Positions 1 to 13,189 of a stretch of DNA of 64,000 bases are shown here, piece by piece. Numbering within the stretch: the stretch's first letter is position 1; each line of letters begins with the position of its first letter. Source of the stretch: Squalus acanthias (lineage: Eukaryota). The stretch spans positions 57,724,001 to 57,788,000 of the forward strand of contig CM059432.1 of NCBI GenBank assembly GCA_030390025.1, read 5' to 3'. The position numbers and the translations under genes were made by a program. The notes under the pieces were generated by a model. That model was not told the origin of the DNA, did no database searches, and worked only from the letters and a program-made list of their open reading frames with translations.

Positions 1-29
1 AAGTGTTTTGAAAACAAACACCAAAACTG

Positions 30-660
30 GACACAAGAGATTACGATCAAAACTTAGGTCAGATAAATGGGTTTTGAGGAGGTTTGTTATGGTGGAAAGA
101 GAGGTGAAGTTTAAAGGAGGCAGTTCCAAAGAATAGGACTGAAGTGGTTGAAGGTTCTATCATCAAGGGTGGGATGAAGGGAGGATGAGAGACACAGAAA
201 GTCAAAGTCAAAACAATGGAGCATTCTGAAGGGGATATAGGGCTGAAGGAGATAGCAGAGATAGGATGGGGCAAGGCTATGGAGGAACTTATAGATGAAG
301 ATAAGAATTTTAAATTGAATGCTCTAGAGGATGTGGAGCCTGTTTAGATCAGTGAGGATGGGAGTGATGGGTGACCAGCATTTAGTGTGGAACAGGATAA
401 ATTTGACAAGTTGAAATTTACAGACAGTGGAGGTTGGAGGGCCAGCAAGGGGTGCATTACAATAGTTGAGTCTGGAGGCAACAGTGGTATGTATGAGTTT
501 AAGTGATGGAGGGATTCAGGTAGAGCAGAGATGAGCAATGTTGTGGAGATGGAAATAAGCAGCCTTTGTGATGGAAAGGATGTACAATCCAAGACTCATC
601 TCCAGGTTGTATAGGACATCAAAATTGTGAATGCTTTAGTTCAGTCTGAGAGAGTTGCCA
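30..660 (-). mobile_element. Degenerate L2-like LINE fragment
   Basis: Purine-rich + strand; short broken minus-strand ORFs (59-274, 344-592) resemble decayed L2 ORF2. Same texture as 23090-23820. Confidence 0.45.
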
Positions 661-699
661 GGAAGGGCACTACAAAATATGTTCATCTGAGATAAAAAG

Positions 700-1650
700 G
701 GGATACATCTAGGGGGTAGAGTCCCATGGATAAACAGAGAGATCAAAACTTAACCGAAACTAAAAAGGTAAGTATATAATTAAACTAGGGCTAACAATGC
801 TACAGAAAGTCATGAGGAATACAGAAAGTGTAGTCAGAGTTGAACAGGAAGATTAGAAGGGCTAAATGCAATTTTAAAGCAGGCCACCAGATCATATTAA
901 AAAAATGGAAAGGGTTTTTATAAGCATATTAAAAATTAAAATAGTTAAATAGAGTGTAGGACCAATGAGAGATGAAGAGGGAAATCTAACTGTGGAGGAT
1001 GAAGATATGGGAGAGATATTAAACAAATATTTTGCATCAGTTTTTCCTAATGATGATGGAAGTGAGAATGTAGATGTAATAGAACAGGATGTGGAACAAT
1101 TGTTAGAGAACTTAAGATGAATGTCATTGGGTCCTGATGGCATACACTCCAGGCTGTTGAAGGAGGTCAGAGAGGAGATAGCAGAGTCTATGACCACAAT
1201 TTTTCAATCCTCCTTAAATATTGTGGTGTAGGACTGTAGACTAGCCAATGTAACATCTCTGGTCAGGGAGAGAATGATAAATTGGGTAACTATATTCCAG
1301 TTAGTCTAATGTTAGTTGTGGGCAAACTCTTAGATTACATAATTCAAAATCATAATAGTGAGCATTTGGAGATGTATGGGTTAATCAAGTATAGCCACCA
1401 TGAATTTGTTAAAGACAAGTTGTGTTTGACAAATTTAATAGAGTTTTTTTTGAAGAAGTGACTGATTGGAAATATAAAGGACATGCTGTAGATATCACAT
1501 ATTAATTTTCAGAAGGTGTTCAATAAAGTGTCTCACAGGAGGCTTGTGCAAAAAATCAGGCCTGTGGTATAAGAGGAAATGTAGCAACATGGATAGAAAA
1601 TTCACTAACAAATAGGAAACAAAGGATTAGAGTTAATGGGTGTGTGACTA
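700..1650 (+). mobile_element. Degenerate CR1 LINE ORF2 fragment
   Basis: Broken-frame matches to motifs of the other CR1 copies in the window (LNKYFASVF, GPDGIHSRLLKE, CLTNLIEFF, FQKVFNKV). Confidence 0.75.
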
Positions 1651-2659
1651 AAATCTACCTTTTTGTCTGAATTGAATTTCTTAACGTATATTTTATATGG
1701 CTTGAAACAGCATATAAGAGGTCAACACCCAAGATCACACAAAAGCAGCTTGTCAGCAGGAAACCATCAATTCAGAGCTGACTAGTTGCTCAGTACTCAA
1801 CGAGGTGAGAATTTTCTATAGCCCAAACCATGTTTGTCTGAAGTGATAATTGTGTAATCAACCTGGGGCGAATACATTGAATGATAAACAATCTTGTCAT
1901 TGTCAGAGGTTGCCTTCATTATTTATTGATGACTGACAATTTGTTCGAATCAAATTATGAGAGCTGTAGCTTTTTGCTGGTTTTGTTTCAGGATTCTGCA
2001 GGGGTTTCCACAAGTCACCTCGTCACCAATAAAAGGATAGGCCCCAGCCTAGGGCTGTGACATTATTTGACAACAGTTTCTCAGATCTTTTGAGCATGGG
2101 ACAGGGCCATTAATTGGCTGGGGTTGTCTGTGATGGACAGGTTGCGATCAGAGACTGCCTGTTACCAGAATTATATTGGGAGTCCACAGACTGTGAATTT
2201 ACACCTAAGAGCTGCAGGTCTATTTGTTTTTATAATCAGTGGCAGTCTTGCCTGGCTAAATTGAGTTTATAGTAAGTGTGGCAGACTTATTTTTTTATGC
2301 ATTTATGGAAGGCAGAGAAATGTATATTTCACTGAGTTATGCTGTTTACTATTCACTCATCTATCTTATGTAAATAAAACCATTTGTTGGTTCAAAACCT
2401 GCATCTTGACTTAATGAGAGTGTGTATCCCGTCTGCGGTTCAAAGAGAAGAATATCTCATGACTGTACATGATACATTCCAGTAACCGATGTATCGAGTA
2501 AGGGTTGACTGTTGCAATCCCTGGCTCATTGGTCAAAAAAAGGTGAACTTCAGATTGTAAGGTGCACAGAGTCCACTTATGGGAGTGACTAGTGATGCTC
2601 AACCGGAGAAAATATCTCACATAAAAATGCAAAAACATGACCGGACATTACTGAGATTG

Positions 2660-2990
2660 GAGAAGTGTTAGAAGTGGTGCAATCGAGGGGTCAGTGTTGG
2701 GACCACTTTTCTTCTGGGTATATGTAATTTTTTTGGACTTGGATTTAGGGAGCACAGCATCGACATTTGCTGACAACACAAAAGTACAGGGTTTAGCAAA
2801 CTGAGAAGTGTAAAAAAACCTCAGGAGGACATGGACAGGTTAGCAGAATGGGTAGACATGTGGCAGCTACAACATAATATGGAGAATGTGTGGCAATGCA
2901 TTATGTGAGGAAAACAGGGAGTTGGAGTATAATCGCAATAAAAAGATGCTGAAGCATGTGGATGAACAGAGAGACCGATAGACTCCAATA
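2660..2990 (+). mobile_element. Degenerate CR1 RT fragment
   Basis: GSVLGPL-like and FADNTK-like segments followed by RLAEWVDMWQ. Confidence 0.6.
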
Positions 2991-2992
2991 CA

Positions 2993-3272
2993 GTGTGAGC
3001 CTTGACTCGGTGGTAGCACTCTCATCTCTGTTAGAAGGCCATGGGTTGAAGCAGTCCTGAGGGAGCGCTGCACTGTTGTAGGCACAGCCTTTCGATGCAA
3101 GGCCTGTCTGCCTGTTCAGGTGAATGTAAAAGATCCCATGGCACCATGTGAAAAATGGAACCTCACTGTGCAAATTGGCTGATGTGTTTGATTACAAAAC
3201 AGTGACTACACTTCAAAATATTCACTGGCTGTGAAGTAGTTTGGGATGTTCTGCGGAAATGAAAATGTTATA
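2993..3272 (+). mobile_element. Degenerate Deu-domain (SacSINE1-like) tRNA-derived SINE
   Basis: A-box-like head and Deu-like core (tgagggagcgctgcactgtt...gtaaaagatcccatggcac); similar to 48598-49065. Confidence 0.65.
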
Positions 3273-5139
3273 GCAGCGTTGTTCAAAAGAAATCACTGAC
3301 TAGTCATAGGTGTGGCTACGATAACACCATTTTAGTCACATGCACTAATTTTTAGCAGAAAACGCCTTACATATACACACAATACAGGTAAATGTACTTC
3401 ATACATTTTTTTTAACCAAACAAACATCTACCTTGAAGGTGAAGGTGTGTGGTGAGAAGAGAATCCATTTGCTTAGTTCATAGCTTCCAATGAAAGAAAT
3501 ACTTTTTTGTGTGTGTGTTGCAGGTACCTGAAGATGTCAAAAGCTTCTAAAGGCGCTCTGGTGCCACTGTGTGGTAGGAAGAGAAATAGTTTTATTTCAG
3601 TTTGCTCCAAATCATCAGGTATTGCAGTATCTGTAGTACCGTGAGAGGACTTCACTGCCGCACGGGGAGGAGGTCTCTCTGAGGTCCTCTCCCTCCATTT
3701 CCATAAATGTGGGGCAATTTCCACTGCTATTCCAAGCCTGTTGCCATGGTTTACCACCGGCATCTCCGCATCATTACCTGCTGTTCCCAGGGAACAGCGG
3801 GACCAGGAAGTAAATTATCCAGGAACCTGGGCAGCTGCCTTTCCCCCACTGATATTTGCATATGGTGGACGGGAAAGGGGCGGCCAGCAGTGGTCTCAGC
3901 AGATGTGGGGGAGTGAAATCCAGGTCAGTGAAGTGGCAGTAGGCCTCACTGCCCAATTTTTACACTTTTTCACTGTTAGTCCACCTGATTTAGTCTAGGT
4001 TCATACATGAAGAATATCGCCTTGAGCGAATACCAGAGGGCAGCTGTGGAACCACACTCCAGCACGAGTTGCCTTGGAGAGATGGGAATATTTTAGGCCA
4101 TTCAAACCCCTACAAATCCAAATACTCATTACAAACTGCGACTTTTTACACATTTACCTCATTCCAATACATGACAATTTGCACGTTTCTGCATTACATG
4201 ATTATACCAAAAGTTAAAACACAATTCCATATAAGGAGAATCTAATTGGCCTTATCAATAAACTTAAGTTAATAAGCCAGTTTCTTTACTCATGAGCTCT
4301 TTTTTTCTGTTGGGCTAACGAGATCAGTATAACTCCCTTACCTTGTTATCTTATCAATATGTTTGCTCTCGTTACATATAATTGCTATTCCACCAAGTGA
4401 AACCTTTAATTATAAGCATGTCTTTGATTCTGTACCATCCAATACCAGCTATTTCCCCCATTCTACAGAAATTAAAAAGATCATATTTACCTAGATGTTC
4501 TTCTTTGGCAAACTAACTTTTGTCCTTGTACCCATTATTAGTGATTACAGCTCTCTGAAATTTAGGAACCAGTAATTGCATACCTTTAATTGCATGCCCT
4601 CATTAAGTAGGTGATTACTTCACACTGAAACTTGCCAGAGCTGTAGGATCAGTCTCAGTTCAAATGTTCAGTGGTCACTACTTTAAAATTGAATCATACC
4701 TCACTTCCCTGCTTAACAAACAAAGGCTAAAAGTTAACATTACTACAATATAAAGAAAAACAATAGCACTATTACATAAGCAGACTTCAAGTCAGTCTGA
4801 TTAACCCTTTCCTCACATTGGGTATTACAATCTGAATCTGTGAATCAGGTTCAGGCTCACAGAGAAGTGACACGTTGGGCTGGACTTTCCTTCTTTATAC
4901 CACCTGTTTTCAGACAGTGTTGGAGCGCTAAAGCTAGTAATATGGGGCGTCATGGCCTACTGTTGCAATCCCTCCCTCAAAAAAGTGGCACCAACATTCT
5001 CCTCCTTAAAACCTGCCGCTCTATGGTATCGCCCACACCATTACATATAAATGGAGGAGTCCTAGGTCTCCGCGTAATTTTGTCACTCCTTACCTTTATG
5101 CCAGCTACCTTACTGGCTCCAGCTCCTAATTTATTACTT

Positions 5140-5290
5140 AGAACATAAGAAGTAGGAGTAGGCCATATGGCCCCTTGAGCCTGCTCCGCTATTCAATAAG
5201 ATCATGGCTCCACTTCTACATCAGATCCACTTTCCCGCCCTATCCCCATATCTCTTGATTCCCTTAGTGCCTCAAAATCTATCGCTACTT
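5140..5290 (-). mobile_element. CR1 3' UTR fragment
   Basis: gaacataagaagtaggagtaggccat is the reverse complement of the CR1 tail seen at 13000-13040. Confidence 0.75.
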
Positions 5291-7029
5291 CTATGAGGTG
5301 CTCCCTGAATGATGCGAGGTTGAGAGGTAAGTGGCTGCACTCTCACCATTCCTTACTGCACACATTCTGGTTGAGTGGAAGCCTAACCCTGTTGGATTCA
5401 GTAGCATCAAATTATTTCCATAATTAGAATAAACCCCCTCATGACTTTTATATGTGCTGGTAATTGGTGATTCGCCTGGGATAGGTGGTAAAGCTGAAGT
5501 GCAGCAGCTCTTAAAGGGCTATCTTGTTTAGGTGGAGGCTGACTGCTGTTGAAAGAAGGAGACTGGAGTATATTCAAGAACTGCCCCGTTCACTGAAGAG
5601 AGCCTGGAGATCCCACTGGAAGAGGTGGCACTTAGGAATGTCGCCATTTTGAAGCTGAGCATTCGTAAGTGCTGCTGTGAGGAAAATTGGCCCTTACAAG
5701 TTTAATATCAATCTGACAGAGTTTTGGATTTACACCGGTGCTAAACTTGTGGAATGTAAATTGCGTGTTAAGGCCTAAACTGACACTAAAGCGAAGTGAA
5801 ATGAGACTCTCTCTACCAGGGATTCCCACTCTGCTTCACTCAGATGTCAGGTCAGGCCCTGACAGCAATTGAGGTTACATTTACTATACTGCAACATCGG
5901 TACAAAGTGAAACTGCTTCGCACAAATGCTACAGTTATAGAGTAAGTATACCTTTATTTTTAGAATCTTAGCCCAGACATTTTAATAGCTAAAAGAAGTT
6001 GGTAGTATTTTTTTTAGATTTTTTTCCTTACTTTTAATGTTTTCATTGCTACATTTAGACATCACTCCTGCAGTATTTGGCTTAGATGCTATTACTCACA
6101 CTTTATGATCTGTTTGCTATGTCACATTTGCTAACAAAAGTCATGGCTCAATAATGGTTCTTAAAGTGGTAAATTAGCATATTTTGTCTAATTTACAACT
6201 CGACGGCTTAAGTTGCCCCAAGCAGTAAATTGCTCTGCTGTAATGTCAATGACACAATGCCTGCAGCTCAATAGCAAACATCCTCTGTGTTTTTAATGTT
6301 TACTTTTAAAAATACATTACTATAAGAGCACGCAGAATGGCTCTCATCGAGATTGTTCATAGTTCACAGCCTTATTACCAATGAATATTAATGGCTTGCT
6401 TTCCTTGGCTGGCATTAGTGAGCCGCATGTTAACTGCTTTATGTAATTTTGTCCACATAATTACATCATGTCTTAGCTGAGCTTTGTTAAATCTAACAGT
6501 GAGATTAATGGTGTGAATATTAATTACAGCATGCTCAAAGGTTAACCTGAAATTAATTTATTGCTTACTTTCAGATGTAAAATCCTATTTCAGTTTATTT
6601 TCACTATTAGCTGTTCTTGTTTTTGATGGATTGTGTAAGATCTCAGATTTACTGTGTTTACTTCTCACATTTAATGCTGGAATTACAGTACATCAATATG
6701 CAAGGATGTCCAAGTAGCAACACCTGTCTCCTAGTCTAGCACTCAGCATCAACAGGCTTGCTTTAGAGTCTCTTCTAATATGCCAACTCAAATTCAGTCC
6801 ACACAGACAAGATTAAAACATCTCTTTCTGACAGTTATTAAAGCTCTCATATGAAACAGTCTTAACACAGCTCTCACTGGACCCAAGTTCACAACAAAAA
6901 ATAGATCATAATTCGAAACTAATTGTGCAATTGCAGTCAGACAGCGTATATGGAAAGTTGGTGTTGGACATAGAAATTGTGCATTAGGGTTGTGGTGAGA
7001 GTAGATGGAAATTGTAGGTGATTACCCAG

Positions 7030-8190
7030 ACTTCTGCCCATTCCATGGTTAGTTCTGGTTCTGACAGAACCACTTGGCTGCAAACCTTATCACAGCTGTG
7101 ATCAGATCTTGATGCAAGAGCTGAATGGCAGAGGAGAGGTAGCTGCCCTTGACATCAAGGCAGCATTCAACTGAGTATGTCACCAAGGAGCCCTAGCAAA
7201 GTTGAGGTTAATGAGGGTCAAAGTGAAAACCCTCCAGAGGCTGGAATCATATCTGACACAAAGGAAGAGGCCAAATATTCTCAGCTCCCAGGACATCACT
7301 GCAGGAGTTCCTCAGATCAGCATCTCAGCCCAACCATCTTCAGCTGCTTTATCAATGACCTCCCCTACATCATAAGGCCAGGAGAGGGACTGTTCAGCTC
7401 TATTCACATCTCCTTTAATAATGAAGCAACCTTTGCCAGCCTACAGCAGACACATGGCAGGTAAGACTTGCACCGCATAAGTGCTAGAAAATGACCATCT
7501 CTAACAGGAGATGCCCATTCATCTCTTCCTGATTTTCAACAGCATCACCATTGCTGAGTCCTCCCCCATCAACATCCTGAGGGTCGCCAGAAACCAGAAG
7601 TTTAACAGGACCAGCCATATCAACACTGGCTACAAAAGGCTGGATAGAGACTAAGTACTCCGTGATGAATGATTCAGCTCCTGACCGCTGAATGCCTCTC
7701 CATCATCTATAAAGTTCAAGTCAGGAGTGTGATGGAATACTCACCACTTATCTGGATGGGAGAAGTTGCAACAACACTCAATAAGCTCAATACCATCCAG
7801 AACCGAGCATTCCGCTTGATTGGCACCCCAACCACTGGGCTCAATATTCATCATCGACGCACTGTGGCTGCAGTTTTACTATCTACAGGATGCACTACAG
7901 CAGCTTATTGAGTTTCCTTCAACAGCAATTCCCTGTCCCACAACTGAGAAGGAGGAGTAGCAAGCCTATGGGAATATCATCATCTCCAAGTTCCCCTCCA
8001 AGTCACAAATCATTCTAACTTGGACATATACTGCCACTGAGGGGTGAAAATTCCCTACCACCATGGGAGCACTATCACCACAAGGATTGTAACGGTTCAA
8101 GGAGAAGGCCCACTAACATCTTCTCAGGGCAACTCGGGATGGGTAATTAATGCAGCTTTGTCAGTGTTTCCCACATCCTGAGGATAAATT
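7030..8190 (+). mobile_element. Degenerate non-LTR retrotransposon (same family as 19500-20760)
   Basis: ALDIKAAF, PTIFSCFINDLP and YKVQVRSVMEYSPLIW match the RT ORF at 19557-20960 (-). Confidence 0.8.
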
Positions 8191-8459
8191 AAAAACATTA
8201 CATTCATTTGAGTGGACATTTACTCCATACGTTTAAGTCACATTTATAGTAACATGGTAAAATAACTTTTCACAGCTCCACTTTCTTCCTTGGTTTTCTA
8301 TTGATAAGTAACAGAAAAATCTTTAAAAATGTCCTTAGATTTTATTTTAGTGGTTTGTGTGCATGGATGTCAGTTCTATCTAATTAATATGGTGGTACAG
8401 TAACTACTTGTCTCACCTGTACACCTTCCTGGTTGATTAGAGGAGGTGTGAATCAGATC

Positions 8460-8968
8460 TAGAGTCATACAAATTACTCCATATTACAGGCCATTTGGTC
8501 CATGGGGCCTGTGCACGTGCTAGCTCTTTAACTGGAGTTATCTCCTCTAATCCATTTCCTTGCCCTTTCCCACAAATCTTTTCTAATTATTCTTTTTCAA
8601 ATACTTACCAAATGTTGTTAAAGGCCCTGATTTCTGTTGGGGTTGTCCCGATCTGCCCCCGAAACTTTGGCGGGAGATCAGTAGAACCCACGGAGAAACT
8701 GTGAAAATGGCTGTTTTTAGCCATTTACAATGTTTCTCCAGCAGTTCAGCCAATATCCTGCCAAAGTTACAGGAAATCTCAGACTTGAAAATTTCGATTG
8801 ACCCAGCATCCACAGCCTCTTGGGGAGAGTTCCTTATTTTCACTACCTTTAGTGTGGAAAAAGTACTCCCTGATTTCACTCCTAAATAGCCTAGCTCTAA
8901 TTATAAGATTATGGCCCCTTATTCTGGATTTCCTTGCCAGAGGAAATAGTTTCTCTGTATCTACCGTT
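8460..8968 (-). mobile_element. CR1 3' end fragment
   Basis: Minus-strand ORFs read as a CR1 ORF2 C-terminus ([24 protein letters not shown]). Confidence 0.65.
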
Positions 8969-9276
8969 ACATAGGAACAGGAGTACGCCATTTAGCCCCT
9001 CGAGCCTGTTCCACCATTCAATGAGATCATGGCTGATCTGCGATCTAACTCCATATACCCGCCTTTGGCCCATACCACTTAATACCTTTGTTTCATAAAA
9101 ATCTATCAATGTCTGATTTAAAATTAATAATTGATCTAGCATCAATTGCAGTTTGCGGAAGAGAGTTACAAACTTCTACAACCCTTTGTGTGTAGAAGTG
9201 TTACCTAATTTCACTCCTGGAAGGTCTGGTTCTAATTTTTAGAGTATGCCCCCTAGTCCTAGAATCCCCAACCAGC

Positions 9277-10706
9277 TGTCAGAGATTGTGAATTGTAAAA
9301 GAAATAATGGTTTTATAAAAGAAATGGGTTTGCTAGCTCAGCAGCCAGGATAAGCTGATGACACAGAAGCATTCCAATCATGTCAGATAAGGAGTTGCAC
9401 AAAGAGCTGAGATCCTTTACAAGGGCATAACGCAGAAATAGGACTTCATGTAGGCATAGCTAGGCCTGATAAGAGGTCGAGTAAGGCGCCTTATGATAAA
9501 CAAACTGTCTAGGAGAACGTGCAAGATGTCCAAACAGGAGATAAGCAGAGGAATGAGTCTGGGAGGGGTCTGCTGTAGGTACCTATTCCCCTGTAATTGG
9601 ACAATTGAATGGGTAATAAATGATTGATGTGGGGTATCCACTGGCCCACCGAAATAAGGTATATAAACGGGCTGCTGAAAGGGAAAAACAGGCAGAGAGG
9701 GGAAGAGCTTCCCCGGGGTGGATTTATGCTACTTTCGGCTTAACACCTCCGCCAGCCTCGGGAGACAACCAAAGAGGAAGAGACGACCGCCGCAGGGTCC
9801 GAGACCACCGCCGCAAGCTGCAGGGTCCGAGACCACCGCCGCAAGCTGCAGGGTCCGAGACCACCGCCGCAAGCTGCAGGGTCCGAGACCACCGCCCCAA
9901 GCTGCAGGGTCCGAGACCACCGCCGCAGGGTCCGAGACCACCGCCGCAGGGTCCGAGACCACCGCCCCAAGCTGCAGGTTCCGAGACCACCGCCGCAAGC
10001 TGCAGGTTCCGAGACCACCGCCGCAAGCTGCAGGTTCCGAGACCACCGCCGCAAGCTGCAGGGTCCGAGACCACCGCCGCAAGCTGCAGGGTCCGAGACC
10101 ACCGCCGCAAGCTGCAGGGTCCGAGACCACCGTCGCAAGCTGCAGGGTCCGAGACCACCGCCGCAGGGTCCGAGACCACCGTCCCAAGCTGCAGGGTCCG
10201 AGACCACCGCCCCAAGCTGCAGGGTCCGAGACCACCGCCCCAAGCTGCAGGGTCCGAGACCACCGCCGCAGGGTCCGAGACCACCGCCGCAGGGTCCGAG
10301 ACCACCGCCGCAGGGTCCGAGACCACCGCCGCAGGGTCCGAGACCACCGCCCCAAGCTGCAGGTTCCGAGACCACCGCCACAAGCTGCAGGTTCCGAGAC
10401 CACCGCCGCAGGGTCCGAGACCACCGCCCCAAGCTGCAGGGTCCGAGACCACCGTCGCAAGCTGCAGGGTCCGAGACCACCGCCGCAAGCTGCAGGGTCC
10501 GAGACCACCGTTCTGCCTCAACCTCCGTCCGCCCGTTCCAGGGCCGGTAAACCGTTCTCATCTGTTACGGGTTGTATGTCTACTGTGTCTATCCTGATTG
10601 CGTGTTGTACTTAACTATATTTGAACAGCTGCTCCTTAATAAAATGACCTATGACTCCTAAGACCCTTTGGGTAATCTGTGTGTGACCTGTGATCCAAAT
10701 CTTGCA
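9277..10706 (+). repeat. 5' LTR (TG...CA)
   Basis: Starts TGTCAGA, ends TCTTGCA; TATATAAA 9660-9667; AATAAA 10638-10643; aligns by eye with 14609-15453. Confidence 0.9.
9787..10510. repeat. GC-rich minisatellite of interspersed 28-nt and 21-nt units inside the 5' LTR
   Basis: Units GGGTCCGAGACCACCGCCGCAAGCTGCA and GGGTCCGAGACCACCGCCGCA repeated head to tail with few variants. Confidence 0.97.
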
Positions 10707-10707
10707 G

Positions 10708-10725
10708 TGGTGTCAGAAGTGGGAT
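10708..10725 (+). promoter_or_regulatory. Primer-binding site complementary to tRNA-Leu(CAA) 3' end
   Basis: TGGTGTCAGAAGTGGGAT one base after the LTR terminal CA; complement of ATCCCACTTCTGACA-CCA, the vertebrate tRNA-Leu(CAA) 3' end. Confidence 0.85.
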
Positions 10726-11967
10726 CACAGAGCAGGAGTCATACGGGCCTTGGTTTGTGAGAACTGGGAAGACTTGGTCAACCGTGTATGATCATCACTG
10801 AGAGAGAGAGAGGGAGCGTGTCAAATAAGTGAAACCAAAGATACAATGGCGTTGGCATATCACCGGGAACAATTGATAGATAGCCTGACAGAGAAAACAG
10901 ATGCGCCTGGGGTGACGGACATCCTAAAAATAAATTGGCCTACCGAGCACACTTGACCGCCTCACAGTTTAAAAAGCAAAGAAAATAAACTTAAAGTTGA
11001 AACCGACACGGAAGCTTTCTGTGCCGAGAAAAATAAAACACAAGATTTGCTGAGTGAAAGGAACCGTAAAAAAATGCTGGAATTTCAGTTTGGGTGAAAG
11101 TGTGTGTTAAAGTGTGGAAGTTTTCTTGACTATGAATGTTTAAGAAGTTACAGTATTCCTTTTGTCTGAAAGTCTGTCTTTAAAAGAAAGTGTCTGTTAT
11201 GTTTGTTTTAGCTCCACCCACTTCTCTGTGCATCGAGCTAAAAGCCATTTAACCCTTTGTAATCTTGTCTTGGATTTTGGAAGTTTTAAGATTGTGTGAA
11301 TATGTTGAGTATGTTCATTTTAATTTAAGATTGTGCACCCAGAATTGGGAAAAAAAATTACAATTACAATTTAAGTTAAGCTGGTGTGGAAAAGCTGAGA
11401 AAAACAAAGTTTGTTTAACAGAAGATTAAGTATCAGTCTAAGATTTAACCTTGGAGTTGCGGTTGCTATGGTGAAATTTCCAAAGCAGTTTGATTTGATT
11501 TGTTTAAATGTGAAAACTAATTTTTCTTGAGTTATAGTCAATATTTTTAGTCATTTGAAAAGGCATCTGAAGAAAGAAGAGAAATATATAATGTAATTTA
11601 ATAACTCAGACCAAGTGGGAACGTTTGATCTATGTTTTCTATCTTTAATATTGTACTGGACAGGGCTCATGAATGAGATATAATGGTAATTAATGGGATG
11701 TGTAAAATGGAGAGAGGAAGTGATTGAGGATGTAAGATTGAAACAGGAAAATTATACATCCAAATGAGAATTTTCCTAGCTTTCTAGTGAAAGTCAGGAA
11801 AGTGTAGTTAAGAATAATAAATTGATAGCTTTCTCTTGGAGACATTTGTGTCCCTGCCTATAATGAACTTTTTAAGAAAACTGAATTTTGTAGTCTAGCC
11901 ACTACCCGAGACATCGGGACCATGCGGTGGAAGATGAGCAAAGATCTCCAGACAATCTTTTGATAAG

Positions 11968-13040
11968 ACAGAAAGCAAAGAGTTGGAATAAACGGGTCTT
12001 TTTCCGAGTGGCAGGCAGTGACTAGTGGGGTACCGCAAGGATCGGTCCTTGGACCCCAGCTATTCACAATATATATTAATGATCTAGACAAGGGAACTAG
12101 ATGTAATATCTCCAAGTTTGCAGACGACACAAAGCTGGGTGGGCGTGTGTGCTGCGAGGAGGATGCCGAGAAACGCCAGGATGATTTGGACAGGTTGGGT
12201 GATTGGGCAGAAGCGTGGCAGATGCAGTATAACGTGGATAAATGTGAGGTTATCCACTTTGGTATCAAAAACAGGAAGGCAGATTATTATCTGAATGGCA
12301 ATAGATTGGGAGAAGGGGAAGTGCAACGAGACCTGGGTGTCCTTGTGCACCAGTCGCTGAAGGTAAGCATGCAGGTGCAGCAGGCGGTTAAGAAGGCAAA
12401 TGGTATGTTGGCCTTTGTAGCGAGAGGGTTTGAGTATAGGGACAGGGATGTCTTGCTGCAGTTGTACAGGGCCTTGGTGAGACCACATCTTGAGTTTTGT
12501 GTGCAGTTTTGGTCGCCTTATCTGAGGAAGGAGGTTCTTGCCATGGAAGGAGTTCAGCGAAGATTCACCAGGCTGATACCTGGGATGGCAGGAATGACGT
12601 ATGAAGAGAGATTGGGTCGATTGGGCTTATACTCGCTGGAGTTTAGAAGAATGAGAGGGGATCTCATTGAAACTTATAAAATTCTGAAAGGACTGGACAG
12701 ACTAGATGCAGGAAGGATGTTCCCGATGGCGGGGGAGTCCAAAACCAGGGGTCACAGTCTAAGGATAAGGGGTAAGCCATTTAGGACAGAAATGAGGAGG
12801 AATTTCTTCACCCAGAGAGTGGTGAACCTGTGGAATTCTCTACCACAGAAGGCAGTAGAGGCCAATTCATTAAATATATTCAAGAAGGAGTTGGATATAT
12901 TTCTTAAGGCTCAAGGGATATGGGGAGAAAGCAGGGACAGGGTTCTGAATTTGAATGATCAGCCATGATCGCATTGAATGGCGGAGCAGGCTAGAGGGGC
13001 CGAATGGCCTACTCCTGCTCCTATCTTCTATGTTTCTATG
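11968..13040 (+). mobile_element. Young 5'-truncated CR1 insertion inside the LTR element
   Basis: ORF 12018-12968 with [10 protein letters not shown] and SKFADDTK; ends in (ttctatg)n tail; nearly identical to 31855-32928. Confidence 0.95.
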
Positions 13041-13189
13041 ACCTGAAAGCCAGAGAATGGCTTGTATCGGATGTCACGTGTGGCATGGTATTGGGATACC
13101 GGTGTGAGTGTGCATATATGATTTGTTACATATGAAGCAATTAGCATGCAGAAATGCATGGTGAATCTGCACTGAAGAATGGGTCTCAA

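Noticed and set aside
3428..4730. Cluster of minus-strand donor-like sites suggesting small exons (4342-4403 VSLGGIAIICNESKHIDKIT joined to 4158-4188 NVQIVMYWNE)
   Set aside because: Acceptors lack polypyrimidine tracts, neighbouring candidates have stops in all frames, and I recognise no protein. RNA-seq or TBLASTN would be needed.
9787..10510. CRISPR-like array
   Set aside because: Units are contiguous with no unique spacers, no cas genes are present, and the context is eukaryotic.
9620..10614. Five overlapping 259-325 aa ORFs on both strands
   Set aside because: They arise from a stop-free minisatellite inside an LTR; no evidence of a real gene.
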